NCBI RefSeq assembly: GCF_006345805.1
Contig: NC_043022.1
Location: 8,432,001-8,496,000 of the forward strand
Direction of reading: 5' to 3'
Length of the DNA: 64,000 nt
From: Octopus sinensis
Taxonomy: Eukaryota
A program made the position numbers and the translations under genes. Position 1 is the first letter of the stretch, and every line of letters starts with the position of its first letter. Below the pieces are notes generated by a model. The model had not been told where the DNA came from and did no database searches. It was given only the letters and a program-made list of their open reading frames with translations. Positions 1 to 13,264 of the stretch are shown here, in pieces.

Positions 1-776
1 TCATTTTTGCTAGCTGAATGGGTTGAAGTAATGTGAAATAAAGTGTCTTGTTCAAGGACATAACATGCCGCTGGGAATCAAACTCACAACCTTATGTTCA
101 TAAGCCCAATAACCTAACCCCTAAGCCATGTGCCTTCATTTGTTTATAGGGAGAATCAATGAGCATCAGAGACATTTACAACTATCTGATGTATATTATA
201 ATTTTAGTCATTTATAAATGCAATGAAGTTTAAAAAGTATAAATACACTTCATAATATTGTTTAGTATGAAAAATAAGGGTGTGGGACATTTTGACACAG
301 CTGTTTTGGTGCAGTTTATTTAGTGTCAGTAATTCAATGCTGATTTATTTGACATCAGATGTTTTAATGTTTCTCTCATTTCAGTGTTTGCCCCTTTTCC
401 CCTCCTCCTACTTTCTTTTATATTTATGTGTGTGAGCATATGTAACTCTGTGTACAACAAGAGGGTAAGTTTATGTCAGTCCCGTTCAATTAATGATTGC
501 AGCACCCAAACGATTGAGCCACAACACTGTCACACAGTACAACTGGTACTGGATAGACTGACCATATTGACAGTTACAGTATTTTCATCAGTCTCACTCC
601 TTCACAATCAGTTTCTCTAGCAACACAAGTAAAACATTTCATTTCTCTCCAGTGATGACTTCTAGTGGAATCACTCTTTGTCCTCATGATATAAAATGTT
701 TTCTTTGCATGATTTATGTAGTTTTTAAATTACTAGCTTAGTCTACTACTTTGAAGCTCTAGATAATCTTTTATCT

Positions 777-1061
777 CTCTTTTACTCTTTACTCTTTTAC
801 TTGTTTCAGTCATTTAACTGCGGCCATGCTGGAGCACCGCCTTTAATCGAGCAACTCGACCCCGGGACTTATTCTTTTGTAAGCCCAGTACTTATTCTAT
901 CAGTCTCTTTTGCCGAACCGCTAGGTAACGGGGACATAAACACACCAGCTTCCACAGTTTCTTGACCAAATTTACTTACAAAACATTGATTGTCTCAGAT
1001 CTATAGTAGATGCTTGCCCAATGTGTTGCGCAGTGGTTGCAGAGCAAGCTTCTTAATCATT
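777..1061 (-). mobile_element. tRNA-derived SINE, family B (internally deleted copy)
   Basis: Reverse complement of the tail CAGCATGGCCGCAG..ATGACTGAAACAAGTAAAAGAGTAAAAGA and of the head, both seen in more than 20 copies in the window (most complete at 53348-53750). Confidence 0.85.
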
Positions 1062-1229
1062 CAGCCCTACCTGCACTTAACAGATCATTTAATGATTGAT
1101 CACAGACGATATGAATGCACCCATACTTGTTTGTTAGTGAGTTTGATTAGATGTAGTTTGCCAGAAGAGAACTCCTCACCAGATACAACAAAAGACTGAC
1201 CTCATCAGGAGGTTTTCTTAATTGCTGGC

Positions 1230-1590
1230 AGGCCTTCTATCTTTGCTGGAATACAGGAGTAGTCAATATAATGGTTTATAGTCATCTTGGCCTACGTTCA
1301 GAGGAAGACCAGTTAAGTGATTGGTAAAAAGTCATTCAGAGATCCACTTCAGCCTCTGGCCCATAGATGTGTTGTTTCCTCTCTGAAGTTTCTGCTGTGG
1401 CTACAGAGGCCTTTGTTCCCTGGAGCTGATTGGTCACTTTTTATCTCCATTCAGCCACTCCAGAATCATCCCTCTTTCCCCCTCTCATCATTCATATTGT
1501 ATTCACCTACCCATTATGTCTAAGCCTTCTTCCTCAACACATTGACCTTTTGGATTCCACTTCCTGCTCAGCTGTTGACTTGAAACTGGC
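1230..1590 (+). mobile_element. Decayed CR1/L2-type LINE, ORF2 C-terminal remnant
   Basis: Translation DPLQPLAHRCVVSSL resembles the LQPLAHRRxVxSLSLFY motif after the RT domain of invertebrate CR1-type LINEs; frameshifted downstream. Confidence 0.55.
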
Positions 1591-2648
1591 ATGGGTTTGA
1601 CGATAGGAAGGGCACCTTGCCACAGAAAATCTGCTTCAATAAAGCCTGTCTGACCTATGCAAACATGGAAAAGTGGACATTACATGATGTTGATGATATT
1701 AATTTTGGAGAAGTCAGTGTCTTTGATAGAGCTAGAATTCAAGGGGGTTCCCTTACTCCCAATACTTTAGATGATATCTGAAGTCTTAACATTATATGAT
1801 ATTATTGAATTCACTTTGTCTAAGGTGGTAGGTTAGCACATTGAACAAAATGCTTAGAAGTACTTCTTCTGTCTAATTAAATTCTGAATTCAACTGCTGC
1901 TGAGATAAACTTTGCCTTTTGGGTGGTAAATGTAATCATTAGATGGTAAGCATAATGTTTCCCAGTTTAGCACCACTGCTTGTCTTCTTGGTGCTTTTAT
2001 CATAGTATTTAGGGTTAATGTAAACACTTATATGATGTACTACATTTCCAAATGTAGTAGTTGATTTTCCCATCAGGCAGTGAAGCAGATTTTGTAGGTG
2101 GTTTGGTCTCTTCAACCATGACACCAGAGCTTGCTGGAGCCATCCACCAATGTAGGTGACAAAACTTCTGCACAACAGAACAAGCTAGGCCAGATTTTTC
2201 TGTCATCCTCAATGCTCATTCTTGCATCACTCATCTTCTCTCTTTACATCTGGGTTAACCCAGATGTAATGGCTTGCTTTCTCAGTGACTTCCAACAATT
2301 TTCTGACATCTTTTTTCTCCTACACAGCTAGGCCAGATTTCTTCTATTTGTAGATAACTACCCCCTTACCTGTCTGGGAGACCCTAAAAAGGTCCATGGG
2401 CACTATCCTTCTTCAAACTGTATTATGTTAAGAAAAATTATCAGGTAGACTCCATTTAGTATAGTCTTAGATACAAATGGTATTGAAAGCTACACTTACT
2501 ATGCAGAGTTTAAATTTATGATTAATTCATAATTAAACAAGTTAATACTTGTTGGGCTGGAAGTTTAGATCAGAAAATAACTAAAGATGATGCACCTCCA
2601 GTTAGTATTGATTGTAAATTATCTGATTGTTTTTATTAATTAATCAAT

Positions 2649-3007
2649 CTTTTACTTGTTTCAGTCATTGAACTTCAGTCATACTGGAGCACTGCTTTAA
2701 AGGGTTTTAGTCAAACAAATCACTCTGTCATTTTTTAAAGTCTGGTACTTATTCTGTCAGAGTCTTTTCCTGAACTGCTAAGTTATGGGGATGTAAAAAA
2801 ATCAACAGCAAGTAATGTGGGGGATGGGGAGAAACACACAGACAAATATATATGATGGGTGTCCACACAGTTTCTGCCTACTTAATTATCTACAAGATAT
2901 TGGTTGGCCTAAGATTATAGTAGAAGATACTTAGCCACATGGTTTTGGGTTCAGTCTCATTTGGTTGCAAAGTGAGCTTCTTAACCATATAGTCATACCT
3001 GTGCCTA
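2649..3007 (-). mobile_element. SINE family B
   Basis: Tail, body and head all match the 53348-53750 copy in reverse orientation. Confidence 0.8.
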
Positions 3008-3189
3008 TGAGAAATTTACTTTATAGAGTTTTAATAAACAGGAGTAAATCAGTGTTGTTCTAATACAAATAGTATTTTCTTATTGTGGAATTAGAATGGG
3101 ATCAAGAGTAGAAAAATATAAGACAAAATCTAATAAAAAGTAATTGTTTGATTTTTGTGAATTTTGTTGCTTATATATATGTCACTTTC

Positions 3190-3626
3190 TATCTACCAGC
3201 AATTTGCACCAAATGCCAAGGTCTATTGTCAAAGCAAGTGTTATCATTTCATGACAATGCATGTCCACATATGGTCTCCTACACAGTTGAAACCATTGAA
3301 CAATTGGATTTTGAATTCTTGGAACATCCTGCATACAATTCAGGTTTCGCCTCTTCCAACTATCACCTCTTTTGGACCATTCAAACATCCATCCTTTATG
3401 AGGTCATCGATTTGTTATGGATGAAGAAGTGCAAGAAGTGGTGCATAAATGACTGTGTGACAAGCTGGAAACTTTCTTCCCCAATGGATTAGGCAAGCTT
3501 ATGGACTGCTGGAAGAAGTGCATTGAAAAGCATGAAGACTGTCAAAAACATGTTATTGCTCAACCTCTGCTTGTGTTTTAATAAATTTCAGAAGCAAGAG
3601 TGCATACAATTTTTGACTTACCCTCG
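3190..3626 (+). mobile_element. Mariner transposon 3' fragment (decayed transposase C-terminus and right TIR)
   Basis: GLLSKQVLSFHDNACPH..EQLDFEFLEHPAYNSGFASSNYHLF matches the mariner HDNA..HPxYSPDLAPSDYHLF region, followed by WKKCIEKH. Ends TTTTGACTTACCCTCG next to (TA)n, a mariner-type terminus. Confidence 0.88.
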
Positions 3627-4499
3627 AATATATATATATGATGGGCTTCCACACAGTTTCTATCAACAAAATTCACTCATAAGGCATTGCTCAGCTCATG
3701 GCTATAGTAAAAGACACTTATTCTAGGTGCATCTGTATGGAGCGTCTGAACGTGAAGCCATATGGTTGCAAAGTGAGTTTCTTAACCACACAGATATGCC
3801 TGCACCTATAATTCTTCAGTTTATTTTAATCACATTGTGACCAATGTTATGCAAGTGCCTTGTCATTATTCACCATACACTCCCTCTAAAATACTTTTAA
3901 AATTTCCTCAGGTTTTTTTTTTTAACATAAAATTTCTTGTGAACTTTCAGATTTTTGCTTTTCTGAAGAGTTAAGAAAAAAAATTTATTTTCCTCATTAA
4001 TTTTTTTTTTCAAGTTTATACAATTAAGATTTCTTAATTTATATTCTTATTTAATAGTATTTGATTAATTTAATTGTTCTATTAAAATCTTTAAATAATA
4101 GATAAAAACAAAATGATGTTTCAACATTTTTCTTGCTTTTTGTGGAGGAAAATAGAATAAAATTGATTAAAAATGTTCAAGTTATATTAAAAAGACATTG
4201 GATTATTTTTCTCTTTTCTGTTACTAATAGAAATTTAATAGACAACTTGGCAAATTGGTAGAATTGTTAAACCATCTGACAAAATTGGTCTTGGAGCATG
4301 TCTTTTACTTGTTTCAATCACCGAACTACAATCATGCAAAGATACTGCTTTGAAAAGTTTTAGTTGAACATATCAACTGACTTCAGTGCTTCATTTTTAG
4401 TTTGGTACTTACTCTATCAGGCTTTTTTGGTGATCCACTTTATTATGGGGAACATAAACAAACCAACATTGAATGTTAATCAGTGATAAGGGACAAACA

Positions 4500-4692
4500 A
4501 AAACACACACACACACACACACACATGCACGTGCACACACACACACTCATGCACACATACACACATACACACATACACACACACATACACACACACACAT
4601 ACACACACACACACATACACACACACTGGGCCTTCAGACTGGGTTTTTAAGAGGTGGTGGTGGTAGGTAACACACACACACACACACACATG
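4500..4692. repeat. Compound (CA)n/(CATA)n microsatellite
   Basis: Read directly. Representative of dozens of (TA)n, (CA)n, (GA)n and (ATC)n tracts, e.g. 23985-24240, 28680-28900, 33685-33790, 56510-56770. Confidence 0.95.
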
Positions 4693-5624
4693 CATATATA
4701 TGACAATGAACTGGAGCAACATGAAATAGTGTTTTGTTCAAGAACACAAAGCACTGCCCACAGTAGGAACTGAAACCAGGATCTTGTAATCTTCATCCAA
4801 TTCATCAACCCCTAGACATTACTGTCCCAAGTACTAGAACTTGTAGGAGTCGGTCACTCAGTTTCCATGGCTTATAAGTAATGAAGATCACAACATTCCA
4901 CTTTCACATGTTACACAGCTGAGTGAACTGGAGCAACATGAATGAAGTATTTTGCTCAAGAATACAATGCACCACTTGGTCCAGAAATCAAAACCATGAT
5001 CTTGTGATCATGAGTGCAACACCCTAACCAACTATGCCACACGCCTTTCATTTCTAATGAAAAAAGAAAGAGAAGTTAATAATAGTGAGATCAGATCAAT
5101 GTCTTAGAAAATCATAATATTAATCAGCTTTCAAATAAATACAGAAAGCTATATTGATGAAAGAAAGCTGTGATGTTGATAAAGAAATAAAAAAACAACC
5201 CAAATAAATCTATAGTGACTTAATTAATAACCAGCTTTAAAAAATGCTTCTGTGTTATATCATACTTATTTCTTCTTTTCTCTCTGTTTTTTCTTCGTCA
5301 AAAACAGTTTTCCCTAATTAATTACTTACACTATTTATTTCTGTCATCCATTTAATTAATCTAGATGTAAATGAAACATCTTTCCTTATAAATTTTGTCA
5401 AGGTTTGTTATATTTGGTTATTGTTTTTTTTTTTTGCTGTTTTTTAACCAGAGCTAAAGTTTAGTAAGAATAAGATTTATAAGTGATTGTATTGTACTAA
5501 ACCAAACTCAGTATATTACTGTTGGTTGAATCTTTAAGGAAATCTCTTTATAGTTTGATCAATCTGCTAAAAGTAGCAACTAAATCTCGCTCCACCACCA
5601 CCAAAATCAGTTTGGTTTCTTTAA

Positions 5625-5829
5625 TACTTTAGTGTTTAAATCAGCCATTTCCAACCCAAATATTCTACCTGTTATATACGCAAATCAGCCAGATCTGGCT
5701 TCTCGCACCTACACTAAATGTAATTCTAAAAATAAACTATCTCAAAGCTCTGAGATAATGCATGATTCATTCAAAATAATTTCAATAAATTAGTATTTCA
5801 TTTGACAGAATAATCTGAATGCTAAAGGG
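5625..5829 (-). mobile_element. piggyBac-type MITE (TTAA-flanked)
   Basis: TTAA at 5621-5624 and 5830-5833; right end AATGCTAAAGGG|TTAA; body is the reverse complement of 59490-59710. Confidence 0.75.
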
Positions 5830-7721
5830 TTAACAAAGCCAACATTTGGTAGGATTGAGATTACAAGAAATTGTACAGAATTGAAACCTGGAATGAAAGG
5901 AAGTAATCATTGGATAATGTAGTCCATGGTACACTGTGTCTAGAAGAAAGAAAGAAGGAAAATGGGATGATTTTAACCAGAAAGTTTTTGACCATAGGTC
6001 TCCTGAATCATGGCTAAGTCACATCTACATTTGCTTGCAGATGGGGCAGGAGATGAGATGAGATGAGATGCTTTTTAATAAGCTTAACTGACTTCAGATG
6101 TTAGCCACCATCATCACTATTTAATGCTCCATTTGCTTGCTAAGTCACATCTACATTTGCTTGCTTCTCTGTATATAACTCATGCCAGCATAGAAAACTA
6201 ACATTAAAAGAGGAAGAGGATGATAACCAAGCCTATGAGGGAATTTTCTTTATTTTTTGATCTATCTGCTAAAAATAGCAACTAAATTCCCCTCAAAGAC
6301 ATGTTAGGTAGTATAGTTATATTTATATTATGCTTGGAAAATGAATAAAAATGTGAGCCATTGAAGGAAGCACCCTTCATACTCTTGTATAATTTGAACT
6401 CAGAGTAAAAATTAAAAAAATATTCTAGCATTGGCACAAGACCACACACTTTATGGGGAACAATATAGTGAATTAAATTGACCATATTTCCCAGTACCTT
6501 TCTGGTATTTTATTTTATTGACCTACTATTACATCTTCTCTCTATCACCCAGAAAAGGAGAGGAGACAAAGCAGACTTTTAGATTTGAACTCAGAACATA
6601 AAAGGTAATATCTAAATATCACAAAGCGTTTTGCCCCACACTCTAACAATACTTCCTGTCTTCCCTTGCACCACCGCCACTACCACTCTTATTTCTTATT
6701 TTTCTTGTGTCCGAGGACTCATAAGGGCACCTACATAGTTTTTATGATGTATAAATGACTAAAATCATAACACTCTCTCTGGACAAGATGCCAGTTTGTT
6801 TCAGGGTTCATGGCCACCAATTTTTGAGGGAGGGGTGGGGCATAAATTGATTACATTAACTCCCAGTACTTGACTGGTACTTTATTTTATCAACTTTGAA
6901 AGAATGAAAGGCAACATTGCCCTCCAAAGGATTTGAAGTCAGAATGTAAAAGATCTAGAAGAAATACAGCTAAGCATATTGTCCAACACTAACAATTCTA
7001 TCAATCTTCCCCACCAAAATCCTCCTCTTGTTATTTTTTTAATTACTTTTCTCGATCCCTAGGATGCATAGGGCCAGTTACATAGTTTCCATGATGTATA
7101 AGTGACCAAGATTCACAAGAAATGCCCTGAACTGGACACTGGCTCATTTCAGGATTAAAGGTCGGTAATTTTGTAGGGAGGGCACAACTTAATTATATTG
7201 ACTCTAGTATTTGACTTATACTTAATATTTTTGACCCTGATAATGTCACTAAGCATTTTGTCCAGTGCTGTAACAAAATTGCCAGACTGCCAATTTTCCC
7301 CTCCTACTACTGCCACTCTAATTATGTATGCAAATTTATTAAAGAATCCAACATTTTATGTATCATATATATTTTTAAATATTTTTTTACACACAAATTG
7401 ATTTTTTTTGCTGTTACTTCATTAGTTATCTTTGTTTTCCATTGTTAAGAATTCTGATAATTGTCTCATTACCAAGTACTACTACAATAAATTATCCTAT
7501 TTATTTAAAGAAAGGAATATATATTTGTGTGTGTATATGCTACTTTACTTTGTGGTCTACAGCAGTCTCCATAGTCTCAGTTATGAAATGGCCTGATCTG
7601 GGTTATGATTAGACTGCATGCTAAAGTGTAACTAACTATGTGCTAAAGTGGCATCCATTTATATAAATATACATTTGTGTGTGTGTGTGTGTGGTGTGTG
7701 TGTGTATGTGTGTGTGTGTTA

Positions 7722-8140
7722 TAGGTGCAAGCATGGCTGTATGGTAAGAAGTTTGCTTCCCAACAACATTGTTTTGGGTTCAGTCCCATTGTGTGGCAAC
7801 TTGGGCAAGTGTCTTCTACTATAGCCCCAGGACAACCAAGCTTTGTGAGCAGATTTGGTAGACTGAAACTCAAAGAAGTTTGTTGTGTATATGTATCTAT
7901 AAACATGTTTGTGTGCGTGTGCGCGCATGCATGCTTGTGCTTGTCCCCTGCCACTGCTTGACAATTGGTGTTGGTTTTTTTACAGCCCTATATCTTAGCA
8001 GTTCAGCAAAAGAAACTGATAGGATAAGTACCAGACCTAAAACAAGATAAGTACTGGGGTCAATTTGCCTAACTTAAACCCTTCAAAGTGGTGCCCCAGC
8101 AAAGCTGAAGTTCAGTGATGAAACAAGTAAAAATTAAAAA
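7722..8140 (+). mobile_element. SINE family B, near full length
   Basis: Head GGCTGTATGGTAAGAAG..GGGTTCAGTCCC (A/B-box-like), internal TG tract and AAACAAGTAAAA tail. Confidence 0.85.
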
Positions 8141-8484
8141 CAAACAATAAGATATATATGTAACACTATATACACATTGTGGAAAAGTTGTTAGTCATAT
8201 AATATATGTATGTGTGTATATTAGCTTAAATCTGCTTTGTAGGTATTTAGATAGGATATTTAAATATTTAAATAATTACTTATGTTTAATTTAATATCTA
8301 CTAAGCTTATAAATAAAACGATCATATTTAACTAATTACTGAAAGAAATATTTTATATTTACCATCTTATATTTACATTTAGTTTTTGTTCTACCATATA
8401 TGTGTGTATGTATGTGTGTATGATTGTGGCTGTATGGATGTGTATATGTATGCATGTGTATATGTATATATATGTATATATGTT

Positions 8485-8524
<40 letters not shown>

Positions 8525-8912
8525 TGTGTATATTATGGAAAAAATGACTCCTAATTCATTAGCATAGATTGTGAAAGAAAAATAAATAAATTACAAATTA
8601 CTATGAAGTCTTTGTATAAGTAATTTTATTTCAAAAATTTCCTCGTGAATTGTTGTCTAGAGACTTATTCTCTGTTTTTCAATACCAAATATTATGGAAA
8701 TTATTTCTAATTACCACTAAAATTCTAATTGATTTGCGCTTTCACTTATGTAAAAATTCAGTTAGTGATTCAGTTGATTTCACTTGATTCTGTTAAAGAT
8801 ATATCATCATAATGCTGTAAATGCTTTTTACTGAGATTGTCTTTTTTTTTAAGTGTGTGGATAAATAGTAAACAGAGAAATATTGCTTCTCTCTCTCTGT
8901 TGATCAGTTTAA

Positions 8913-9538
8913 CCCTTAAACATTTAGATTACTCTGTCAAATGTGGAATTGGAAGCACTCCGTCGGTTACGATGACGAGGGTTCCGGTTGATCCGAATCA
9001 ACGGAACAGCTTGCTCGTGAAATTAACGTGTAAGTGGCTGAGCACTCCACAGACACGTGTACCCTTAACGTAGTTCTCGGGGATATTCAGCGTGACACAG
9101 AGAGTGACAAGGCCGGCCCTTTGAAATACAGGTACAACAGAAACAGGAAGTAAGAGTGAGAGAAAGTTGTGGTGAAAGAGTACAGCAGGGATCACCACCA
9201 TCCCCTGCCGGAGCCTCGTGGAGCTTTAGGTGTTTTCGCTCAATAAACACTCACAACGCCCGGTCTGGGAATCGAAACCGCGATCCTATGACCGCGAGTC
9301 CGCTGCCCTAACCACTGGGCCATTGTGCCTCCACTCTGTCAAATGTAATGCTTATTTATTCACATTGTTTTGAATTAATCATGCATTATCTCATAGCTTT
9401 GGGATTTTGATGATGTAATTGTTTAGTTTTAAAATGGCATTGTAAAGTTGGTGTGAGTTGTTGAATCTGGTTAGTTTGAACATAAAACAGATAGAATATT
9501 TGGGCCAGATGTCGCTGGTTTAAATGCTTAATGGTCAA
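8913..9538 (+). mobile_element. piggyBac-type MITE interrupted by a SINE
   Basis: TTAA|CCCTT start; body homologous to 59490-59710 once 8945-9346 is removed. Confidence 0.75.
8945..9332 (-). mobile_element. Young tRNA-derived SINE, family A head, with 14-bp target-site duplication
   Basis: Minus-strand head GGAGGCACAATGGCCCAGTGGTTAGG..GGTTTCGATTCCC (Pol III A/B boxes), CpGs retained. ACTCTGTCAAATGT occurs at 8931-8944 and 9333-9346. Confidence 0.92.
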
Positions 9539-9732
9539 TCCATTAGTATTCAGATTACTCTGTCAAATGTAATACATTATCTCATAGCTTCAAGATTCCC
9601 ATGATGTGATTGTTTATTTTTAGAATGGCATCGTATGGTAAGGGTGACAGACCAGGTCTGGTCAGTGTGAACATAAAATGAGTAGAATAATATTTGGCTC
9701 AGACATGGTCAGTTTAAATGCTAAAGAGTCAA
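9539..9732 (+). mobile_element. Second adjacent copy of the piggyBac-type MITE
   Basis: CAGATTACTCTGTCAAATGTAAT start and AATGCTAAAGAGTCAA end; diverged termini. Confidence 0.65.
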
Positions 9733-9810
9733 GGTTGTCAAGGGGCATACATGTCACTACCTTCTATATATCTGAGCAACTGTAAAAGCTTTAATCCATC
9801 TCCCTTTCAC

Positions 9811-9860
9811 CATGTGTTCTGATGAAGAGTTCATGATCCGAAATATCAAAATATAAGGTA
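9811..9860 (+). ncRNA. Degenerate hammerhead-like core (Penelope-type remnant)
   Basis: CTGATGA (9819-9825), 14 nt, GAAA, then TAT-CAAA-ATA-TA as a possible stem III and cleavage triplet. Stems I and II pair poorly. Confidence 0.35.
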
Positions 9861-10755
9861 AAACTGTTTCTTAGTCTTCTCTTTGTAGTCCACTTGTATT
9901 TTATTTCACATAGTTTCAGTCGGAAAAAGTTTTCATCTAGTGAACATTTGTCTATATTTGTATGAATGGACAGAAAACAGACAAATGGCTTAGATATTTA
10001 CTTCAAGTTCATGAGAGCCTGGTGCCATCTTGGATATGTGTCTTTTACCTATGACCTTTAGTTGACCTGTACCTTGTGAGTGAAACTGGGTTGAGAAAAT
10101 TGTGAAGAAACCTGTCAGATGGATTGAATCTGTATTTTTGAAAGTTCAGTGCTAATACACATTGTGTCATTGTTTATATCTTAATTCTTTTAGTCATTGA
10201 CTGTGGCCATGCTGGAGCCTTATTTTAAAGTCTGATACATATTCAATCAGTCTTTTTAGATAAGTTAGTAAGTTACAGAGGTGTAAATAAATCAACATTA
10301 GTTTTCTAGTGATGGTGGTGGCGGGACACACATACACACACACACACCACACACACACACACACACACATTCCCAGACAGTTTCTGTCTACCAAATTCAC
10401 TCATATAGCACTGGCTGGCTCAAAGCTATAGTAAAAGGAACTTGCCAAAGGTGCTATGCGTGGGATTGAGATTTGCAAAACAAGCTTCATAACCACATAG
10501 ACATACCTGCAGTGTGTTGATTTTGCTTGAGAATTGTGTTATGGGCACCTCTGTCTGTGAAATACTCAGCCACTTATACATTAATTGAATGAGCAGGTAA
10601 TTCATTTGACTGAACAACTGAAAACTCATCATTGAAAAACTATGAGTGGGTGTGTTTATGTGTGTCTGAGTGTGTGTGTACATATAAATTTAAACAATTA
10701 TATATATCTATATATACATATTTAGCTCTCTGTTTCCTCTTTCTCTCCCTCTCTC

Positions 10756-10804
<49 letters not shown>

Positions 10805-10810
<6 letters not shown>

Positions 10811-10905
10811 GAATACCAAGAATGGGACAAGAACGCAAAACATCCAGACAGTTAGATGATACAAAAAAGGGACAACAAAACATCCAAACAAACGATACAA
10901 AAAAC
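10805..10905 (+). repeat. Unclassified (TA)n-adjacent dispersed repeat (family D)
   Basis: ATGGGACAAGAACGCAAAACATCC..ACGATACAAAAAAC is shared with 24240-24370. Confidence 0.7.
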
Positions 10906-13264
10906 CTGTGTATCTTTATAGGTGATGTTGAATTGATAGAGGAAGTGTGCTGATGTACAGTACAAACATTTAATCACCATAAACATATTATCTGTGAAGG
11001 TTGTTCTGCAAAATACTACAAAATACTACAAAGATACACATTCCTTTACTTGGAATGCAGCCATGTTGGGGCACTCCTTCAATTGTTAATTTATGAAATC
11101 GACCCTGATACATTCATTTTAAATCTGGTTTACATCAGTGCAATCTTCTCTTCCTCATATATTGACTTATACCTAAAACGTTCCCTATTTTCACTTATTC
11201 TCACTTCTCAACATCTAGACAATTTTCAATGCTTACATTAATCTAGTGCATTGGATTGGCAGAATTTTCAAAGGATTTTATGTAACATAGAAACATTTTT
11301 AGATATTTTACAGTACCTGTTTTGGCTCTCTGACTTCTGAATTAAAATACTTCATCTTACTGGAGTCTCGTCAATATTAAAGTTTATAGTGAAGTACTAA
11401 CATTTAAATCAATGTGAAAAATATGTGACAGCCTATGAAACACCAATGAATCCACAAAAGTAATGTAATAGGAATTCATAAATCCCTTTGTGTCAGGAGA
11501 GTGCCAAAAAATTTCCATCACCTCTCATTACTTGGCATAAAGCTACTTTCCTCAATACAATACTTCCTCAGTTAAGGGGGTCTTGTGTTGCAAGTTACTT
11601 GGTAACCTCACTAGTACCAGTGTCATGTAAAAAAGCACACTGTACTCTGTTAAAGAATCTAGGTGAAGAAACCATGCCATAAAAGTATTGGAGCTTGGAG
11701 TAGTCCTCTGTTAAGCTGTCCAACCCTTGTTAACATGAAGACAGACATTAAATTATGATAATGATGAATACAATGAAGATGTCTGAAAAGAACAATGATA
11801 ATATCATGGCTGAAATATCTTAAATCATAGTTTTGCTTGATCAGCACTGGTCTGTTGTTGAAGCATCATCAACATTTTATTCTTAACAGCAAATGATAAA
11901 GTTACTGTAACAATTAAGCAACTGTTCAACTGAAACCATTTATAAAATATTTTAGTGAATAAAGATGCAATTTTCTGCACTACTACTCTCATCTGTGGAG
12001 CATATATTTACAATTTATATTTACAGTTGTATTATTATAAAACTAAATATTTACAATTTATATTTACAATATTTACATTGACACAATGTTTCCATCAGTT
12101 TGATGTCATTTTTGAATATGTACATGCACATATTCTGTGAATTAAAGTAAGAGACTTTATTTCTAAACTTGGCTCAGTTTAGAAATAAATGCATGGTGTG
12201 CTCTGGTGGCTAGTTATTGTAAGGGAGATAATCCTTTCTAGAGCAATCGTAGCTGGATTAGAAGTTTGAATTTTAAATCAGAGAAACATAAAGTATGTAT
12301 AGAATATACATGTTTAATATATTATTGATGTCATAAAGATTTTTAAATTTTCAAGAAAGCATGAAATAATTCTTTTTTTTTGAACTGTGAATCTCAAAGC
12401 ACACAGATTAATAAATAATAAATATATGCTATTATTTATAGCTTTATGTGTGCTTTGAGAGTCACTGTTCCAGAAAGAAATATTTAATATAGATCTTTTC
12501 CTTGATCATTACAAATATCTTAAAATTTCTAGTCATAGATAAATATGTATAGTACTATTCCATTCTTTTTTGTAATCATCAGCCTGATAACCTGAGAAAT
12601 AAAATTACGTTGCATTAAACATTTTATGAAGTGAAATATTTCTTATTGATAGAAAATGATTTCAGTTTAGAAGTCGTTCATAGAATGTGCATTTTCTGTT
12701 GTTTTTCCGTCTTTATAAAGAAGGAAGTGTAAGTCAGATTTAATAAATATTGTGTGAATATAATCGAAAAATCAGATTTTTAATGGTTGTCTCTTGAGCT
12801 GAGAAAGACAGTTATGTAGTATTTTGCAGAACAACCTTCACAGATAATTTGTTTATGGTGATCAAATGTTTGTACTGTACATCAACTCACTTCCTCCATC
12901 AATTCAATATCACCTATAAAGATACACAGTGTTACATGTCAGATGTCAAATTGATCCCAGAGCAATCTTTGATGAATACAACACATTGCCTTGTCCGGAA
13001 ATTGAAACCACGATCTGGTGTTTGTGAGTGCAATGTCCTAACCACTAGGTGACTCCTCTGAAAGAGCAGATTAGGCCTTCACTATCACATTTCTGTTGAC
13101 AGCAATATATCTCAGAGGTTTTGACATTTTATTTAATGCACAAAACATCCAATAATACTTGAATAACCATGAGTCATAGTTAACTAATAAAACTGACAAA
13201 TTATAATACACACACACATCACTTTCAACCAGGCAATTAGATACTTTTATATATTACTGGTGAC

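Noticed and set aside
1939-2340. Minus-strand ORFs as an endonuclease or host exon
   Set aside because: Only a vague ISVY similarity, with stops and frameshifts and no splice signals.
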